64,000 bases of DNA. It comes from Gammaproteobacteria bacterium. Its GTDB lineage: Bacteria; Pseudomonadota; Gammaproteobacteria; JAJFKO01. The first letter of the stretch is position 1. Every line of letters starts with the position of its first letter. This document shows positions 1 through 10,162 of this stretch, one piece after another. The notes beneath the pieces are model-generated. The model was given only the letters and a program-made list of their open reading frames with translations, did not search any database and had not been told where the DNA came from. Location: positions 122,773-186,772 of the forward strand of contig JAJFKO010000064.1 of NCBI GenBank assembly GCA_021773175.1, in the 5' to 3' direction. The translations under genes were made by a program, and so were the position numbers.

Positions 1-346
1 GTGCTTGTGCGATAAATTCAGGATAAATATCAATGCTCAGAACTTTGCGACAATGCCAGGCAAGCAAGGCTGTGAGGAAGCCTGAGCCAGTGCCAATTTC
101 TAAAACTGATTCATGAGGTTCGATGGTAAGTTCTTGCAAAACGCGGGCTTCTTGTTTGGGTTGCCACATCGCTTCACCTTTACCTAGTGGTAGCATGGTG
201 TCAGCGAATGCTAGATTACTCTGCGATGTTGGAACGAAATTTTCTCGACGTATGGTTTGGAAAAGATCAAGAATAAAATCGTCAAGGACCGCCCAAGCGC
301 GCAATTGTTGTTTGATCATATTGCTACGCGCAACCTCAACCTGCAT
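1..346 (-). CDS. pcm: Protein-L-isoaspartate O-methyltransferase, 5' part; runs off the left edge and is absent from the ORF track
   Basis: Manual translation from ATG at 346: MQVEVARSNMIKQQLRAW...RRENFVP...LAFADTMLPLG...VLEIGTGSGFLTALLA, containing the SAM-binding motif I. Confidence 0.9.
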   Translation of the reverse strand, partial: MQVEVARSNMIKQQLRAWAVLDDFILDLFQTIRRENFVPTSQSNLAFADTMLPLGKGEAMWQPKQEARVLQELTIEPHESVLEIGTGSGFLTALLAWHCRKVLSIDIYPEFIAQA

Positions 347-431
347 ATATATCCCTATTATATTTATTATTCTGAAAAATGGTGATAGGGTACGCAACTT
401 ACGCTAAATAGGCAAGGGGATTCTAATTGAA

Positions 432-1037
432 ATGAGCAAAAAACAGGTAAAAATCATCAAACTAGAATCGCTATATGCAGGCTATTTTCGAGTGAATTGT
501 TACCACTTACAACATGAATTATTTGCTGGTGGCATGAGCGATATTATCGATCGAGAAGTGTTTCAACGCGGCCATGCCGCTGCTGTTTTATTGTTCGATC
601 CTTCCTTAAATAGTGTGGTATTAATTGAACAGTTTCGAGTTGGTAGTATGTTGGGCAATCAGCCTTGGTTGCTCGAAACGGTTGCCGGCATGATAGAAGC
701 TGATGAAAATTTAGAGACTGTAGCCAGACGTGAGGCAGAAGAAGAGGCGGGTTGCACGATCAAAAAACTTATACCCATTTATAAATATTGGTCGAGTCCC
801 GGTGGTAGTGATGAAACAGTTTCATTGTTTTTAGGTATTGTTGATGCCAGTCAAATTGGTGGTTTGCATGGCTTGGCGAGTGAAGGCGAAGATATTAAAG
901 TGCATGTGATGCCGGCAGAAGAGGCCTTTGCTTTGTTAAAAAAAGGTGATATTAAAAATGCGACAACCATTATTGCATTACAATGGCTAGAGCTAAATTT
1001 GCAGAATTTTCTTGAAGGGACCATGGTTGCTTCATGA
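432..1037 (+). CDS. nudF: ADP-ribose pyrophosphatase (Nudix hydrolase)
   Basis: Nudix box GMIEADENLETVARREAEEEAG; EQFR and SPGGSDE motifs; upstream of parE. Confidence 0.9.
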   Translation: MSKKQVKIIKLESLYAGYFRVNCYHLQHELFAGGMSDIIDREVFQRGHAAAVLLFDPSLNSVVLIEQFRVGSMLGNQPWLLETVAGMIEADENLETVARREAEEEAGCTIKKLIPIYKYWSSPGGSDETVSLFLGIVDASQIGGLHGLASEGEDIKVHVMPAEEAFALLKKGDIKNATTIIALQWLELNLQNFLEGTMVAS

Positions 1038-1118
1038 TTTGAATTGTAATACATTCACAACAATTTATATTATTCTAAATTCAACTGAAGAATTTAGGAA
1101 CATCTAGGATTAAAATTA

Positions 1119-3011
1119 ATGGCAGCAGCAACCGATTATACAGCAGAATCCATTGAGGTCTTAAGTGGCCTTGACCCAGTACGTCGTCGACCAGGGATGT
1201 ACACCGATGTCTCACGTCCGAATCATTTAGCACAGGAAGCCATTGATAATAGTGTCGATGAAGCTATTGCTGGTTTTGCCAGTAGAGTAGAAGTGACATT
1301 ACATGAAGATGGTTCTTTAGAAGTTGTTGATGATGGCCGTGGTATGCCCGTTGACATTCATCCTGAAGAAGGTATCACTGGCATTGAATTGATTCTAACG
1401 CGTTTGCATGCAGGTGGTAAATTTTCGAATAAGAATTATAAATTTTCCGGTGGTTTACACGGTGTTGGTATTTCTGTTGTTAATGCATTATCAACGACAG
1501 TCGATATTCGAGTAAAGCGTGGCGGTCAGGAATATCATATTAGTTTTGCCGATGGCGAGAAAGCCAGTGAGTTAACCGTTGTGGGTAAAGCTGCGAAACG
1601 CGAAACAGGAACGAGTATTCACTTCAAGCCAAATGCTAAATATTTTGATACTGCAAAATTCTCTGTTAGCAGACTATTACACATATTACGTGCTAAAGCG
1701 GTGTTATGTTCAGGGCTTCATGTTATTTTTAATGATAAAACTAGTGGTGAAAGCCATGAATGGTATTATGAAAATGGCTTACCTGATTATTTAAAATCGG
1801 CATTACAAGGCTTGGAACTATTACCACCAGAATTATTTATCGGGAAATTAGAAGGTAATGAAGAAGCTGCCGAATGGGCTGTTGTTTGGTTGTCAGAAGG
1901 GGGCGAAGGACTCGCTGAAAGTTATGTTAACTTAATTCCGACAGCACAAGGTGGTACCCATGTTAATGGTTTACGTACTGGAATATTAGAAGCTATGCGT
2001 GAATTTTGTGAAATTCGTAATTTATTACCACGAGGCGTGAAGTTATCACCAGAAGATGTGTGGTTAAACTGTCAGTATGTTTTATCTATTAAAATACAAG
2101 AACCATTATTCTCAGGCCAAACTAAAGAGCGTTTGGCATCACGACAATGTGCGGCTTTTGTCTCGGGAGTTGTTAAAGATGCATTTAGTCTTTGGTTAAA
2201 TCAGCATGTTAATTATGGTGAAGCGATTGCTGAACTTGTTATTAATAATGCGCAAAAGCGTTTACGTTCTAGTAAAAAAATAGCACGTAAGAAAGTCACT
2301 TCAGGTCCCGCATTACCAGGAAAATTAGCAGATTGCACGAGCCAAGATCCAGCACAAACAGAATTATTTTTAGTGGAAGGGGATTCTGCTGGTGGCTCAG
2401 CAAAACAAGCACGTGATCGAGCGTACCAAGCAGTCATGCCGTTACGCGGTAAGATCTTAAATACTTGGGAAGTGGATTCAAATCAAGTGTTAGCTTCACA
2501 AGAGGTGCATGATATTTCTGTCGCCATTGGTGTTGAACCTGCTTCGAGTAATCTAGAGGAACTACGTTATGGCAAAGTTTGTATTTTAGCGGATGCTGAT
2601 TCTGATGGTGCGCATATTGCAACGTTATTATGCGCATTATTTTTAAAACACTTTCGAACTTTAGTGATGGCGGGACATGTTTATGTTGCTATGCCACCGT
2701 TATATCGCATCGATATTGGCAAAGAAATTTATTACGCGCTAGATGAAGAAGAAAAGCAAGGTGTTCTAGATCGCATTGCTGCCGAGAATAAGAAAGGAAA
2801 AATCAATGTACAGCGCTTTAAAGGATTAGGGGAAATGAATCCTTTACAATTACGAGAAACAACCATTGCCGCTGATACCCGTCGTTTAGTGCAATTAACC
2901 ATTAGCGATGATGATGATAGTCAACAATTAATGGATATGTTGCTTGCTAAAAAACGTGCATCTGATCGTAAAAAATGGTTAGAAGAAAAAGGCGATCTCG
3001 CCGAGGTGTAA
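1119..3011 (+). CDS. parE: DNA topoisomerase IV subunit B
   Basis: GHKL ATPase motifs (EAIDNSVDE, DDGRGMP, GGLHGVGISVVNALS); TOPRIM EGDSAGGS, PLRGKILN, DADSDG; no GyrB-type insertion. Confidence 0.95.
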   Translation: MAAATDYTAESIEVLSGLDPVRRRPGMYTDVSRPNHLAQEAIDNSVDEAIAGFASRVEVTLHEDGSLEVVDDGRGMPVDIHPEEGITGIELILTRLHAGGKFSNKNYKFSGGLHGVGISVVNALSTTVDIRVKRGGQEYHISFADGEKASELTVVGKAAKRETGTSIHFKPNAKYFDTAKFSVSRLLHILRAKAVLCSGLHVIFNDKTSGESHEWYYENGLPDYLKSALQGLELLPPELFIGKLEGNEEAAEWAVVWLSEGGEGLAESYVNLIPTAQGGTHVNGLRTGILEAMREFCEIRNLLPRGVKLSPEDVWLNCQYVLSIKIQEPLFSGQTKERLASRQCAAFVSGVVKDAFSLWLNQHVNYGEAIAELVINNAQKRLRSSKKIARKKVTSGPALPGKLADCTSQDPAQTELFLVEGDSAGGSAKQARDRAYQAVMPLRGKILNTWEVDSNQVLASQEVHDISVAIGVEPASSNLEELRYGKVCILADADSDGAHIATLLCALFLKHFRTLVMAGHVYVAMPPLYRIDIGKEIYYALDEEEKQGVLDRIAAENKKGKINVQRFKGLGEMNPLQLRETTIAADTRRLVQLTISDDDDSQQLMDMLLAKKRASDRKKWLEEKGDLAEV

Positions 3012-3020
3012 TGATTAATC

Positions 3021-3617
3021 ATGAATAAAATTTATCAGCAAGCAGAGTTTATAACAAGTGCCGCAAAGCTTTCGCAATTGCCAGACGATGAAGGTTTTGA
3101 AGTGGCTTTTGCTGGGCGTTCGAATGCCGGAAAATCAAGTGCACTGAATACCATCACCAATAGAAAGGGCCTAGCGAAAGTTAGTAAAACGCCAGGGCGT
3201 ACGCAGTTAATCAATTTATTTCGATTAGATGATGAACGACGTTTAGTTGATTTGCCGGGTTATGGTTATGCAAAAGTTGCACGTGAAGTTAAAGAACGTT
3301 GGCAAAAAACACTAGGACAATATTTACAACATCGTGAATGTTTACGCGGTTTAATTTTAATTATGGATATTCGTCATCCTTTAAAAGAATTAGATTGGAA
3401 CATGTTGCAGTGGTCAGTTGATGCGAACTTACCAGTCCACATTCTCTTAACAAAAGCTGATAAGCTAAAAGCGAATGCTGCCAAAAATGTATTATCTGAC
3501 GTTAGAGCATCACTGAAAAGAAATGGTGTTGGTGCAACCCTACAGCTTTTCTCTTCATCGAAAAAACTGGGCGTTGAAGATGTTTTTTCGATACTGAATG
3601 CCTGGTATGACATATAA
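3021..3617 (+). CDS. engB: Ribosome biogenesis GTP-binding protein YihA/YsxC
   Basis: [22 protein letters not shown] and TKADK motifs. Confidence 0.95.
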   Translation: MNKIYQQAEFITSAAKLSQLPDDEGFEVAFAGRSNAGKSSALNTITNRKGLAKVSKTPGRTQLINLFRLDDERRLVDLPGYGYAKVAREVKERWQKTLGQYLQHRECLRGLILIMDIRHPLKELDWNMLQWSVDANLPVHILLTKADKLKANAAKNVLSDVRASLKRNGVGATLQLFSSSKKLGVEDVFSILNAWYDI

Positions 3618-3690
3618 TTAATTTATTAAAATATAGAAATCGCTATGTTTGAAATAGTATCGGATAGTTACTTAGTAAACTTCATCTTAT

Positions 3691-3727
3691 AAAAAAAGGC
3701 AGCATGCTATGGAAATAACATACTGCC
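3691..3727 (-). terminator. Rho-independent terminator of the L,D-transpeptidase gene
   Basis: Minus strand GGCAGTATGTTAT-TTCC-ATAGCATGCTGCC (13-bp stem with two G.U pairs) followed by T7. Confidence 0.75.
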
Positions 3728-3751
3728 AGCTCATCGAGGGGTGGGGGGAAA

Positions 3752-4438
3752 TCAGTATGAGCGAACGATCACTTTTGTGCCGTGACTCATGAAATTTTTA
3801 CTTAACCATCTAGCCGCTGAATGTTGGACTCGAACACAACCATGACTAGCATGTCCATTGGGAACATGTCCGGCGTGAATTGCGTAACCGCCAGTGAAGA
3901 ACATACAATATGCCATGCGCGCACCGCCATGAGGTTTCGGATAGGTACGCGATTTACATCCGGCACTACCTTTGCGATAAACAGCAAACGAACCTGTCGG
4001 TGTTCTACAGCTACGTCTGATGTCTGGACAATATCCTTTACCACCCGATGCGCGTCCAGTTTTTATAAGGCGACCATTATGATCATAAGCGGCCCAAGCA
4101 AGTTTTCTTGGGTCAAATATAAAGGCTTTACCACCTGCCCGTTGGCTTGGAAAACTATAAGAGCGGCGAGAACGTGATCGAGCGCGGTATTTTGTTTTAT
4201 AGCGTTTAGCTTTATAACGATTTTGCCAATAAGCCCGTCGACTGTAACGTCGACTATTTCGTGAACGTTGATCATTTCTGGCAACAACAATACGATTTTG
4301 AAGATTGAGTGTTGATGTTGCTTGTTGGCTGAAACTTGTTTGTAAGTTATTTGCTAAATTATTATTTGTTTGTGCTAAGGCCATTCCTTGGTAACCTAAT
4401 ATACCGGCAACGGCTACAGCAATTATTTGGTATTTCAT
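3752..4438 (-). CDS. L,D-transpeptidase (YkuD domain), resembling Legionella EnhA; signal peptide and Arg/Tyr-rich linker
   Basis: Catalytic IHAGHVPNGHASHGCVRV, TPTGSF; signal-like MKYQIIAVAVAGILG; start moved to ATG 4438 because of the upstream purine-rich RBS. Confidence 0.85.
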   Translation of the reverse strand: MKYQIIAVAVAGILGYQGMALAQTNNNLANNLQTSFSQQATSTLNLQNRIVVARNDQRSRNSRRYSRRAYWQNRYKAKRYKTKYRARSRSRRSYSFPSQRAGGKAFIFDPRKLAWAAYDHNGRLIKTGRASGGKGYCPDIRRSCRTPTGSFAVYRKGSAGCKSRTYPKPHGGARMAYCMFFTGGYAIHAGHVPNGHASHGCVRVQHSAARWLSKNFMSHGTKVIVRSY

Positions 4439-4589
4439 AACAGATTCCCCTCTGTGGTTAGTCATAAACGCATATGCTTGCGCTTATTTGTTATATCGGA
4501 GGAAGGATGATGATCTTTAATTTTTTATATTAAAAAATACACAATATTTTTTAATGATATATATAATATAAAGTATTACTTAAATTCAT

Positions 4590-4676
4590 AGGACTTACGC
4601 TAAGCACCAATCTCTTCGTTAATAATGTTGTCAAAAAACCTCACGTATCTCGACCTTGGCATTTATCGTAAGTCCT
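4590..4676. repeat. 87-bp element with 10-bp terminal inverted repeats (MITE/REP-like family A)
   Basis: AGGACTTACG...CGTAAGTCCT; internal and terminal segments match copies at 35956 and 37774. Confidence 0.75.
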
Positions 4677-4726
4677 TATTCACTGTATATTCACAAATTA
4701 AATCTAAAAAAAAGCCTCAAGAGCAT

Positions 4727-4837
4727 ATATACGCCCTTGAGGCCTGAATTGACCCGGCCTGGGGGAAGGCCGGGTAAGTTTCCCACTATTGGAAATCTTG
4801 CGGGAAACATGTTGAGGGTAGCGTCATATAGTATGAC
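4727..4837. ncRNA. Candidate structured RNA or leader, unassigned
   Basis: Hairpins ACCCGGCCT/AGGCCGGGT and GTTTCCC/GGGAAAC enclosed by a CCCTTGA/TTGAGGG stem, GC-rich in an AT-rich spacer. Confidence 0.3.
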
Positions 4838-4971
4838 AAAAAATAAACCAAAAAGTTCAAAATGGTCTTAACTATTGGTTTATTGGCATTATTTATAACT
4901 AAATGTTGCAAGATAGGTGGAAAAAGCGATAATTACCCAAATTTAGAGACTAAAGTATCGAGAGTCGTATC

Positions 4972-6732
4972 ATGAAATCCGCATTACACGAGTTGATAAA
5001 GCAGACGGTTTTTAGTTTGCAAGAGCAAGATAAACTGCCAGCTTTACAATCTATTCAATTCCAGATAGAACGAGCAAGGAACAAGCAGCACGGTGATTAT
5101 GCTTGTAATATAGCGCTGTTGTTGGCAAAACAAATAGGCAAACCGCCACGTGAGATTGCTGAAGTCATTGCTAAACACATCCAAAAACCAGAAGGCATTG
5201 CTGATATTAGCATTGCCGGCCCTGGATTTATTAATTTCACTTTAGCGCAAGATGCTTACCGATTGATTTTAGAGGAAATTTTTACAAAAGCTGATAAATA
5301 TGGGTATTTGACAGTTGGGGCTAATCAACCTGTTCATGTGGAATTTGTATCGGCTAACCCAACGGGCCCTTTGCATGTAGGTCATGGGCGTAGTGCGGCT
5401 TTTGGTGGAGCATTAGCAGATTTATTAAATGTGGCTGGTTATCAAGTCCATCGTGAATATTATGTTAATGATGCAGGTCGGCAAATGCATATTCTTGCTA
5501 CCAGTATTTGGTTACGTTACTTAGAACTTTGTGATTTACCGATCACTTTTCCAAGCAATGCGTATAAGGGCGATTACGTTTTCAATCTTGCTAAAGACTT
5601 AGTTGCTGATCATCAACAAAAATTTGTTGTGCAAGCCGATGATCTTTTTACTAATATTCCAGCCGATGAACCTGATGGTGGCGATAAAGAACAACATATC
5701 GATGCATTAATTGATCGTGCTAAACAATTATTAGGTACAGAAAATTACGATATAATTTTTACTTACGGAAAAGATATTATTCTTGATGGCATCAAATATG
5801 ATTTACATTCATTTGGAGTGGATTATCAAGAATGGTTTTCAGAAGATAAATTACTCAAGCATGGTTTTATTGAACAAGGTGTTCAACAGTTAAAGAAAAC
5901 GGGGCATTGTTACGAGCGTACTGGGGCGTTGTGGTTTCGTTCGACAGATTTTGGTGATGATAAAGATCGTGTATTAATCCGAGAGAATGGACAACATACC
6001 TATTTCGCGGCGGATGTTGCTTATCATTGGAATAAGTTTAAACGTGGTTTTCGTCAAATCATTAATGTACTTGGTGCCGATCATCATGGTTACGTACCAA
6101 GACTTAGAGCCGTGATTAAAGCGTTAGGAATTGATCCTGACAGTTTTGATGTTCCAATCGTACAGTTTGCAACGTTATATCGTGGTAAAGAGAAAGTCCA
6201 AATGTCGACACGCAGTGGTTCCTTTGTAACATTGCGACAGTTGATTGATGATGTTGGTAAAGATGCTGCACGATTTTTTTATATTATGCGCAAACCAGAG
6301 CAACATATGGATTTTGACTTAGAATTAGCAAAAGAACAGTCGACCAACAATCCTGTTTATTATATTCAATATGCTCATGCACGTATTTGTAGTGTATTTC
6401 GACAACTCAGTGATAAAAAGATGCAATGGCATAAAGAACAAGGCCTGGCAAATTTTGCCAAGCTACAAGAGCCTCATGAAATTGATTTGCTGCGATCGAT
6501 ATCGAGCTATATTGAGATTATTGAAACATCTGCTCGTAATCATGAGCCACATATGCTGGCGCATTATTTGCGAGAATTAGCTGATTATTTTCATTCTTAC
6601 TATAATGCACACCAATTTTTGATTGCAGATGAAGATTTACGTAATGCTCGACTCACCTTGATAGCGGCAGCTAAACAAGTTATTGCCAATGGTTTACAAA
6701 TACTTGGCGTCAGTGTTCCAGAAGAGATGTAA
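4972..6732 (+). CDS. argS: Arginine--tRNA ligase
   Basis: SANPTGPLHVGHGR (HIGH motif), MSTRSG, YIQYAHARI. Confidence 0.97.
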   Translation: MKSALHELIKQTVFSLQEQDKLPALQSIQFQIERARNKQHGDYACNIALLLAKQIGKPPREIAEVIAKHIQKPEGIADISIAGPGFINFTLAQDAYRLILEEIFTKADKYGYLTVGANQPVHVEFVSANPTGPLHVGHGRSAAFGGALADLLNVAGYQVHREYYVNDAGRQMHILATSIWLRYLELCDLPITFPSNAYKGDYVFNLAKDLVADHQQKFVVQADDLFTNIPADEPDGGDKEQHIDALIDRAKQLLGTENYDIIFTYGKDIILDGIKYDLHSFGVDYQEWFSEDKLLKHGFIEQGVQQLKKTGHCYERTGALWFRSTDFGDDKDRVLIRENGQHTYFAADVAYHWNKFKRGFRQIINVLGADHHGYVPRLRAVIKALGIDPDSFDVPIVQFATLYRGKEKVQMSTRSGSFVTLRQLIDDVGKDAARFFYIMRKPEQHMDFDLELAKEQSTNNPVYYIQYAHARICSVFRQLSDKKMQWHKEQGLANFAKLQEPHEIDLLRSISSYIEIIETSARNHEPHMLAHYLRELADYFHSYYNAHQFLIADEDLRNARLTLIAAAKQVIANGLQILGVSVPEEM

Positions 6733-6734
6733 TT

Positions 6735-7337
6735 ATGGCAAAAGACTATGCTCGATTAGTAGAACAAAAAAGTTTTGCAAAACAGAAGACGCAAAATAAA
6801 GCTAAGTGGTTATGGGTGGGTATAGGCGTACTGGTTATTATTGGGGTCGCTTTTTTTATCTATCAACATTTCATGCATAAGCAAAAGCTGATTAAGCATC
6901 GGCAACAAAAAACATTAATAATGAGCCATGTAAGCAAAGCTAGTAAGCATATAAAGCTGCAAAAAGAGGCTACACTACCCAAATTTGATTTTTATACCAT
7001 ACTACAGCAAGTGCCGGCTAACAGTCCTGCCTCAGTAGCACAAGAACGGATAGATCGGCGCGAAGTTAATTCCTTACAGAAATTATCAGCCTCGATTGTT
7101 AATAAATCACAAGCATATTTCTTGCAGCTCGGTTCTTTTACGAATAAGGCTAAGGCTAATAGCATTAAGGCGCAGTTGTTACTATTAGGTTATTCTGCTG
7201 CGATAAGCATAAATCAGCAACGAAATGTTTCATGGTATCGCATTGTAGTAGGGCCCTATAAACAAAAATCAGCAGCTCTATCGGCTCAGCAGCATTTGGG
7301 TAAACAGCATTTTCATGCATTATTGTTAACTAAATAG
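6735..7337 (+). CDS. SPOR-domain cell division protein (FtsN-like)
   Basis: N-terminal TM helix, FDFYTIL, C-terminal YFLQLGSF...WYRIVVGPY; lies between argS and hslV. Confidence 0.85.
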   Translation: MAKDYARLVEQKSFAKQKTQNKAKWLWVGIGVLVIIGVAFFIYQHFMHKQKLIKHRQQKTLIMSHVSKASKHIKLQKEATLPKFDFYTILQQVPANSPASVAQERIDRREVNSLQKLSASIVNKSQAYFLQLGSFTNKAKANSIKAQLLLLGYSAAISINQQRNVSWYRIVVGPYKQKSAALSAQQHLGKQHFHALLLTK

Positions 7338-7423
7338 AAGACAATATTATTGTGCACCTATTGAAATTTGTTAGTTTGCCCCAATGTAATCATTTATCTG
7401 TTATTTAATAGAGGGATATAAAA

Positions 7424-7969
7424 TTGGAACAATATCGCGGAACAACGATTGTCAGTGTACGACGTAAAAATAAAGTTGTTATTGGTGGTGATGGTCAAGT
7501 AACGCTTGGCAATACAGTGATGAAAGGCAATGCGCGCAAAGTGCGGCGCCTATATAATGAGAAAATCATTGCTGGTTTTGCCGGGGGAACGGCAGATGCC
7601 TTTACTTTATTTGAGCGTTTCGAAGCAAAACTGGAAATGTATCAAGGACATTTAACACGTGCAGCAGTTGAATTAGCGAAAGATTGGCGTATGGATAAAG
7701 CATTACGTCGTTTAGAAGCACTTCTTGCTGTTGCCGATAAAACAACATCCTTATTAATTACCGGTAATGGTGATGTAATAGAACCTGAAGATAATCTCAT
7801 CGCAATGGGGTCTGGTGGACCTTATGCTCAAGCTGCGGCAAGAGCAATGTTAAACAATACTAAATTAAATGCTCGCGATATTGTTGAAAAAAGTTTAGCA
7901 ATTGCTGGCGATATTTGTATTTATACAAATCATCATCACACAATTGAAGAATTAGATTGTGACGAGTAA
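7424..7969 (+). CDS. hslV: ATP-dependent protease subunit HslV
   Basis: TTIVSVRR N-terminal Thr nucleophile, [19 protein letters not shown]. Confidence 0.97.
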   Translation: MEQYRGTTIVSVRRKNKVVIGGDGQVTLGNTVMKGNARKVRRLYNEKIIAGFAGGTADAFTLFERFEAKLEMYQGHLTRAAVELAKDWRMDKALRRLEALLAVADKTTSLLITGNGDVIEPEDNLIAMGSGGPYAQAAARAMLNNTKLNARDIVEKSLAIAGDICIYTNHHHTIEELDCDE

Positions 7970-8025
7970 ACGTTGTGATAGTACGTTTTGAATGACAAAT
8001 ATATTATAGTTAAGAGAGTTACCCT

Positions 8026-9453
8026 ATGTCGACAAATGAAAATTTAGCATCTAATGATGATCCTATTACTGCAATTGAATCTTCTTTTGCGAATCTACCC
8101 GAAGTGATGACACCTAAAGAAATTGTTGATGAACTTGATAAGTTCATTATCGGGCAAGATGAGGCAAAGCGTGCTGTTGCTATTGCGTTGCGTAACCGCT
8201 GGCGCCGAATGCGTGTTGCTGAAGAATTACGCGTTGAGATTACTCCCAAGAATATTTTAATGATTGGACCGACTGGTGTTGGTAAAACTGAAATCGCAAG
8301 GCGCTTAGCAAAACTTGCTAATGCGCCATTTATCAAAGTTGAAGCAACAAAATTCACGGAAGTAGGTTATGTTGGTCGTGATGTGGAATCTATTATTCGT
8401 GATTTAGTCGATGCAGCCGTAAAAATGACGCGTGAGTCGGAGATTATTAAAGTTCGACATCTAGCAGAAGAAGCAGCAGAAGAGCGTATTTTAGATGGCT
8501 TATTACCGTCTGCACGTGAAAACTTTTCTGTTAATGAGCAAAAAGAAGAACCAGAAGATGAACCCAAGAAAGACAATCAAACGCGCCAATTATTTCGTAA
8601 AAAATTACGTGAAGGTGAGTTAGATGAAAAGGAAGTAGAAATTGAAGTTGCTGCCGCACAAGTTGGCGTAGAAATCATGGCGCCTCCAGGTATGGAAGAA
8701 ATGACGAGCCAATTACAAAGCATGTTTCAAAACATGGGTAGTGATAAAACCAAGACACGTAAACTGAAAGTAAAAGATGCATTGAAACTTGTGCAGGAAG
8801 AAGAAGCGGCAAAATTAATTGATGATGAAGAATTGAAAACGAAAGCGTTAGATCTCGTAGAACAAAATGGTATTGTCTTTATCGATGAAATCGATAAAGT
8901 GGCTAAGCGTGCTGAACAAAGTGGTGGCGGTGATGTATCGCGCGAAGGTGTTCAGCGTGACTTATTACCTTTAGTTGAAGGCAGTACAGTTTCAACACGT
9001 TATGGCATGATAAAAACGGATCATATTTTATTTATTGCTTCAGGAGCATTCCATGTCGCCAGACCGTCGGATTTGATTCCTGAATTACAAGGTCGTTTGC
9101 CAATACGTGTTGAGCTAAAAGCATTAACCGTTGAAGATTTCACTCAAATCTTAACCGCAACCCGCGCATCATTAACTGAACAATATCATGCTTTATTAGA
9201 CACTGAAGGCTTAACGGTAACGTTTGCTAAGAGTGGTGTACAAAGAATTGCGGAGATAGCATGGCAAGTTAATGAGAGTACAGAAAATATTGGTGCGCGA
9301 CGTTTATATACTGTTATGGAACGACTATTAGAAAGCATATCTTTTGATGCGAGCGAGAGATCCGGTGAAGCTGTTAAAGTTGATGCAAAGTATGTTGATA
9401 AGCAGTTAGGTGATTTAGCGAAAGATCAAGATTTGAGCCAGTATATTTTATAG
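8026..9453 (+). CDS. hslU: ATP-dependent protease ATPase subunit HslU
   Basis: [45 protein letters not shown]. Confidence 0.97.
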   Translation: MSTNENLASNDDPITAIESSFANLPEVMTPKEIVDELDKFIIGQDEAKRAVAIALRNRWRRMRVAEELRVEITPKNILMIGPTGVGKTEIARRLAKLANAPFIKVEATKFTEVGYVGRDVESIIRDLVDAAVKMTRESEIIKVRHLAEEAAEERILDGLLPSARENFSVNEQKEEPEDEPKKDNQTRQLFRKKLREGELDEKEVEIEVAAAQVGVEIMAPPGMEEMTSQLQSMFQNMGSDKTKTRKLKVKDALKLVQEEEAAKLIDDEELKTKALDLVEQNGIVFIDEIDKVAKRAEQSGGGDVSREGVQRDLLPLVEGSTVSTRYGMIKTDHILFIASGAFHVARPSDLIPELQGRLPIRVELKALTVEDFTQILTATRASLTEQYHALLDTEGLTVTFAKSGVQRIAEIAWQVNESTENIGARRLYTVMERLLESISFDASERSGEAVKVDAKYVDKQLGDLAKDQDLSQYIL

Positions 9454-9465
9454 TGATGGTTGTTG

Positions 9466-9828
9466 ATGTCTGAGAACGATTGCAAAATACCAACAGCCAT
9501 TAAGCTGCATAAGAAATCGCATATGTTAGAAGTATGTTTTATTGATGAAACATTCCAACTTTCTTGTGAGTATCTACGTGTGTTTTCACCATCAGCTGAA
9601 GTTCGCGGGCATGGTCCTGGACAAGAAAAATTAGTTGCTGGTAAGAAAAATGTAAATATCACAGCTATTGAACCTGTTGGCCAATATGCTGTGAAATTAA
9701 TCTTTAATGATGGTCATGCTTCTGGACTTTATTCTTGGGAAACGCTTTATGAGCTGGGTGCTAAGCAAGAAAAAAATTGGCAAGATTATCTAGCGCGATT
9801 AGCTTCTGCCAATGCTGTGCGTGAGTGA
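9466..9828 (+). CDS. DUF971 / gamma-butyrobetaine hydroxylase-like N-terminal domain protein
   Basis: LSCEYLRVFSPSAEVRGHG, VGQYAVKLIFNDGHASGLYSW; typical position downstream of hslU. Confidence 0.85.
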   Translation: MSENDCKIPTAIKLHKKSHMLEVCFIDETFQLSCEYLRVFSPSAEVRGHGPGQEKLVAGKKNVNITAIEPVGQYAVKLIFNDGHASGLYSWETLYELGAKQEKNWQDYLARLASANAVRE

Positions 9829-9829
9829 T

Positions 9830-10160
9830 CAAGCTTTCTATTTTCTGTATATTGTCCTTGGTAAGCATTCTCAGCTATAGCTATATAAGCAAACATATCA
9901 TTATCTAAGGCAAAACCATTAACGTAAGGGCCTGGCGTTAATTCACATCTAGTAATTAGAGCTTAGCATAAGAACAATTGCCAGCTCTTTGTTTAACTAA
10001 CGGTATACAGCGTTGTAAATATAATCTTTGCAGTTCTGCTGGGATCGGGGTACCAATATCGGAATGCGATAGATATCATTGAGAGCGTCTTCTTTATTTT
10101 GCTTAAAGCGAGCTTGACTTAATTTAATGAGATAGTTTTTTACAGCAAGTCGATAGGCTG
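9830..10160 (-). pseudogene. Possible fragmented CDS remnant with a QxxGNCSxA motif
   Basis: Three successive protein-like open stretches in different minus frames, including PAELQRLYLQRCIPLVKQRAGNCSYAKL. Confidence 0.3.
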
Positions 10161-10162
10161 GA

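Noticed and set aside
123-407. 94-aa plus-strand ORF
   Set aside because: Shadow of the minus-strand pcm gene, which has clear motifs
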